Source: Chiloscyllium plagiosum (taxonomy: Eukaryota). Taken from it: 64,000 nucleotides of DNA. The position numbers and the translations under genes were made by a program. The notes under the pieces were generated by a model that saw nothing but the letters and a program-made list of their open reading frames with translations, was not told the origin of the DNA and searched no databases. Location: contig NC_057759.1 of assembly GCF_004010195.1 (NCBI RefSeq), positions 990,163 through 1,054,162 on the forward strand, read 5' to 3'. Positions 63,670 through 64,000 of the stretch are shown here, piece by piece (position 1 is the first letter of the stretch; the number at the start of each line of letters is the position of its first letter).

Positions 63670-64000
63670 GTTTTGAAGAAGTAACAAAGAAGATTGATGA
63701 GGGCATAGCAGTAGATGTGATCTATATGGACTTCAGTAAGGCGTTCGACAAGGTTCCCCTGGGAGACTGAATACAGGGAGAACTAACCATTTGGACACAG
63801 AACTGGCTTCAAGGTAGAAGACAGTTGTTGGTGGTGGAGGGTTGTTTTTCAGACTGGAAGCCTGTGACCAGTGGAGTGCCACAAGGATCGGTGCTGGGCC
63901 CTTTACTTTTTGTCAATTACATAAATGATTTGGATGTGAGCATAAGAGGTACAGTTAGTAAGTTTTCAGATGACACCAAAATTGGAGGTGTAGTGGATCA
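63670..64000 (+). mobile_element. CR1 RT fragment (runs off window)
   Basis: VDVIYMDFSKAFDKVP...[14 protein letters not shown]...[10 protein letters not shown]. Confidence 0.92.

Overview
Repeat-dense vertebrate DNA with several N gaps. The HE1-type tRNA SINEs, CR1 LINEs, Penelope elements and GPR139-like receptors suggest a cartilaginous fish (shark); this is inferred from the repeat and gene content. Main content: (1) A hand-reconstructed 14-exon Fc-receptor-like (FCRL) gene on the minus strand, 26148 to about 5379. It has a split leader, six Ig domains, a transmembrane exon and a cytoplasmic tail with two ITIMs (LEYAVV, LVYSEV), and carries many inactivating lesions. (2) A direct segmental duplication (about 31.6-40.2 kb and about 57.5-63.4 kb) of a two-exon GPR139/GPR142-like GPCR pseudogene. 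The second copy is broken by an inversion plus deletions with microhomology at the junctions. (3) A C2H2 zinc-finger remnant, a Gypsy remnant, many CR1/Rex/SINE fragments, and Penelope elements with inverted pseudo-LTRs carrying minimal hammerhead ribozyme motifs. (4) A degenerate interstitial telomere-like tract and a fold-back MITE-like element. No clearly intact protein-coding gene was found. All family assignments are by motif recognition; no database search was run.
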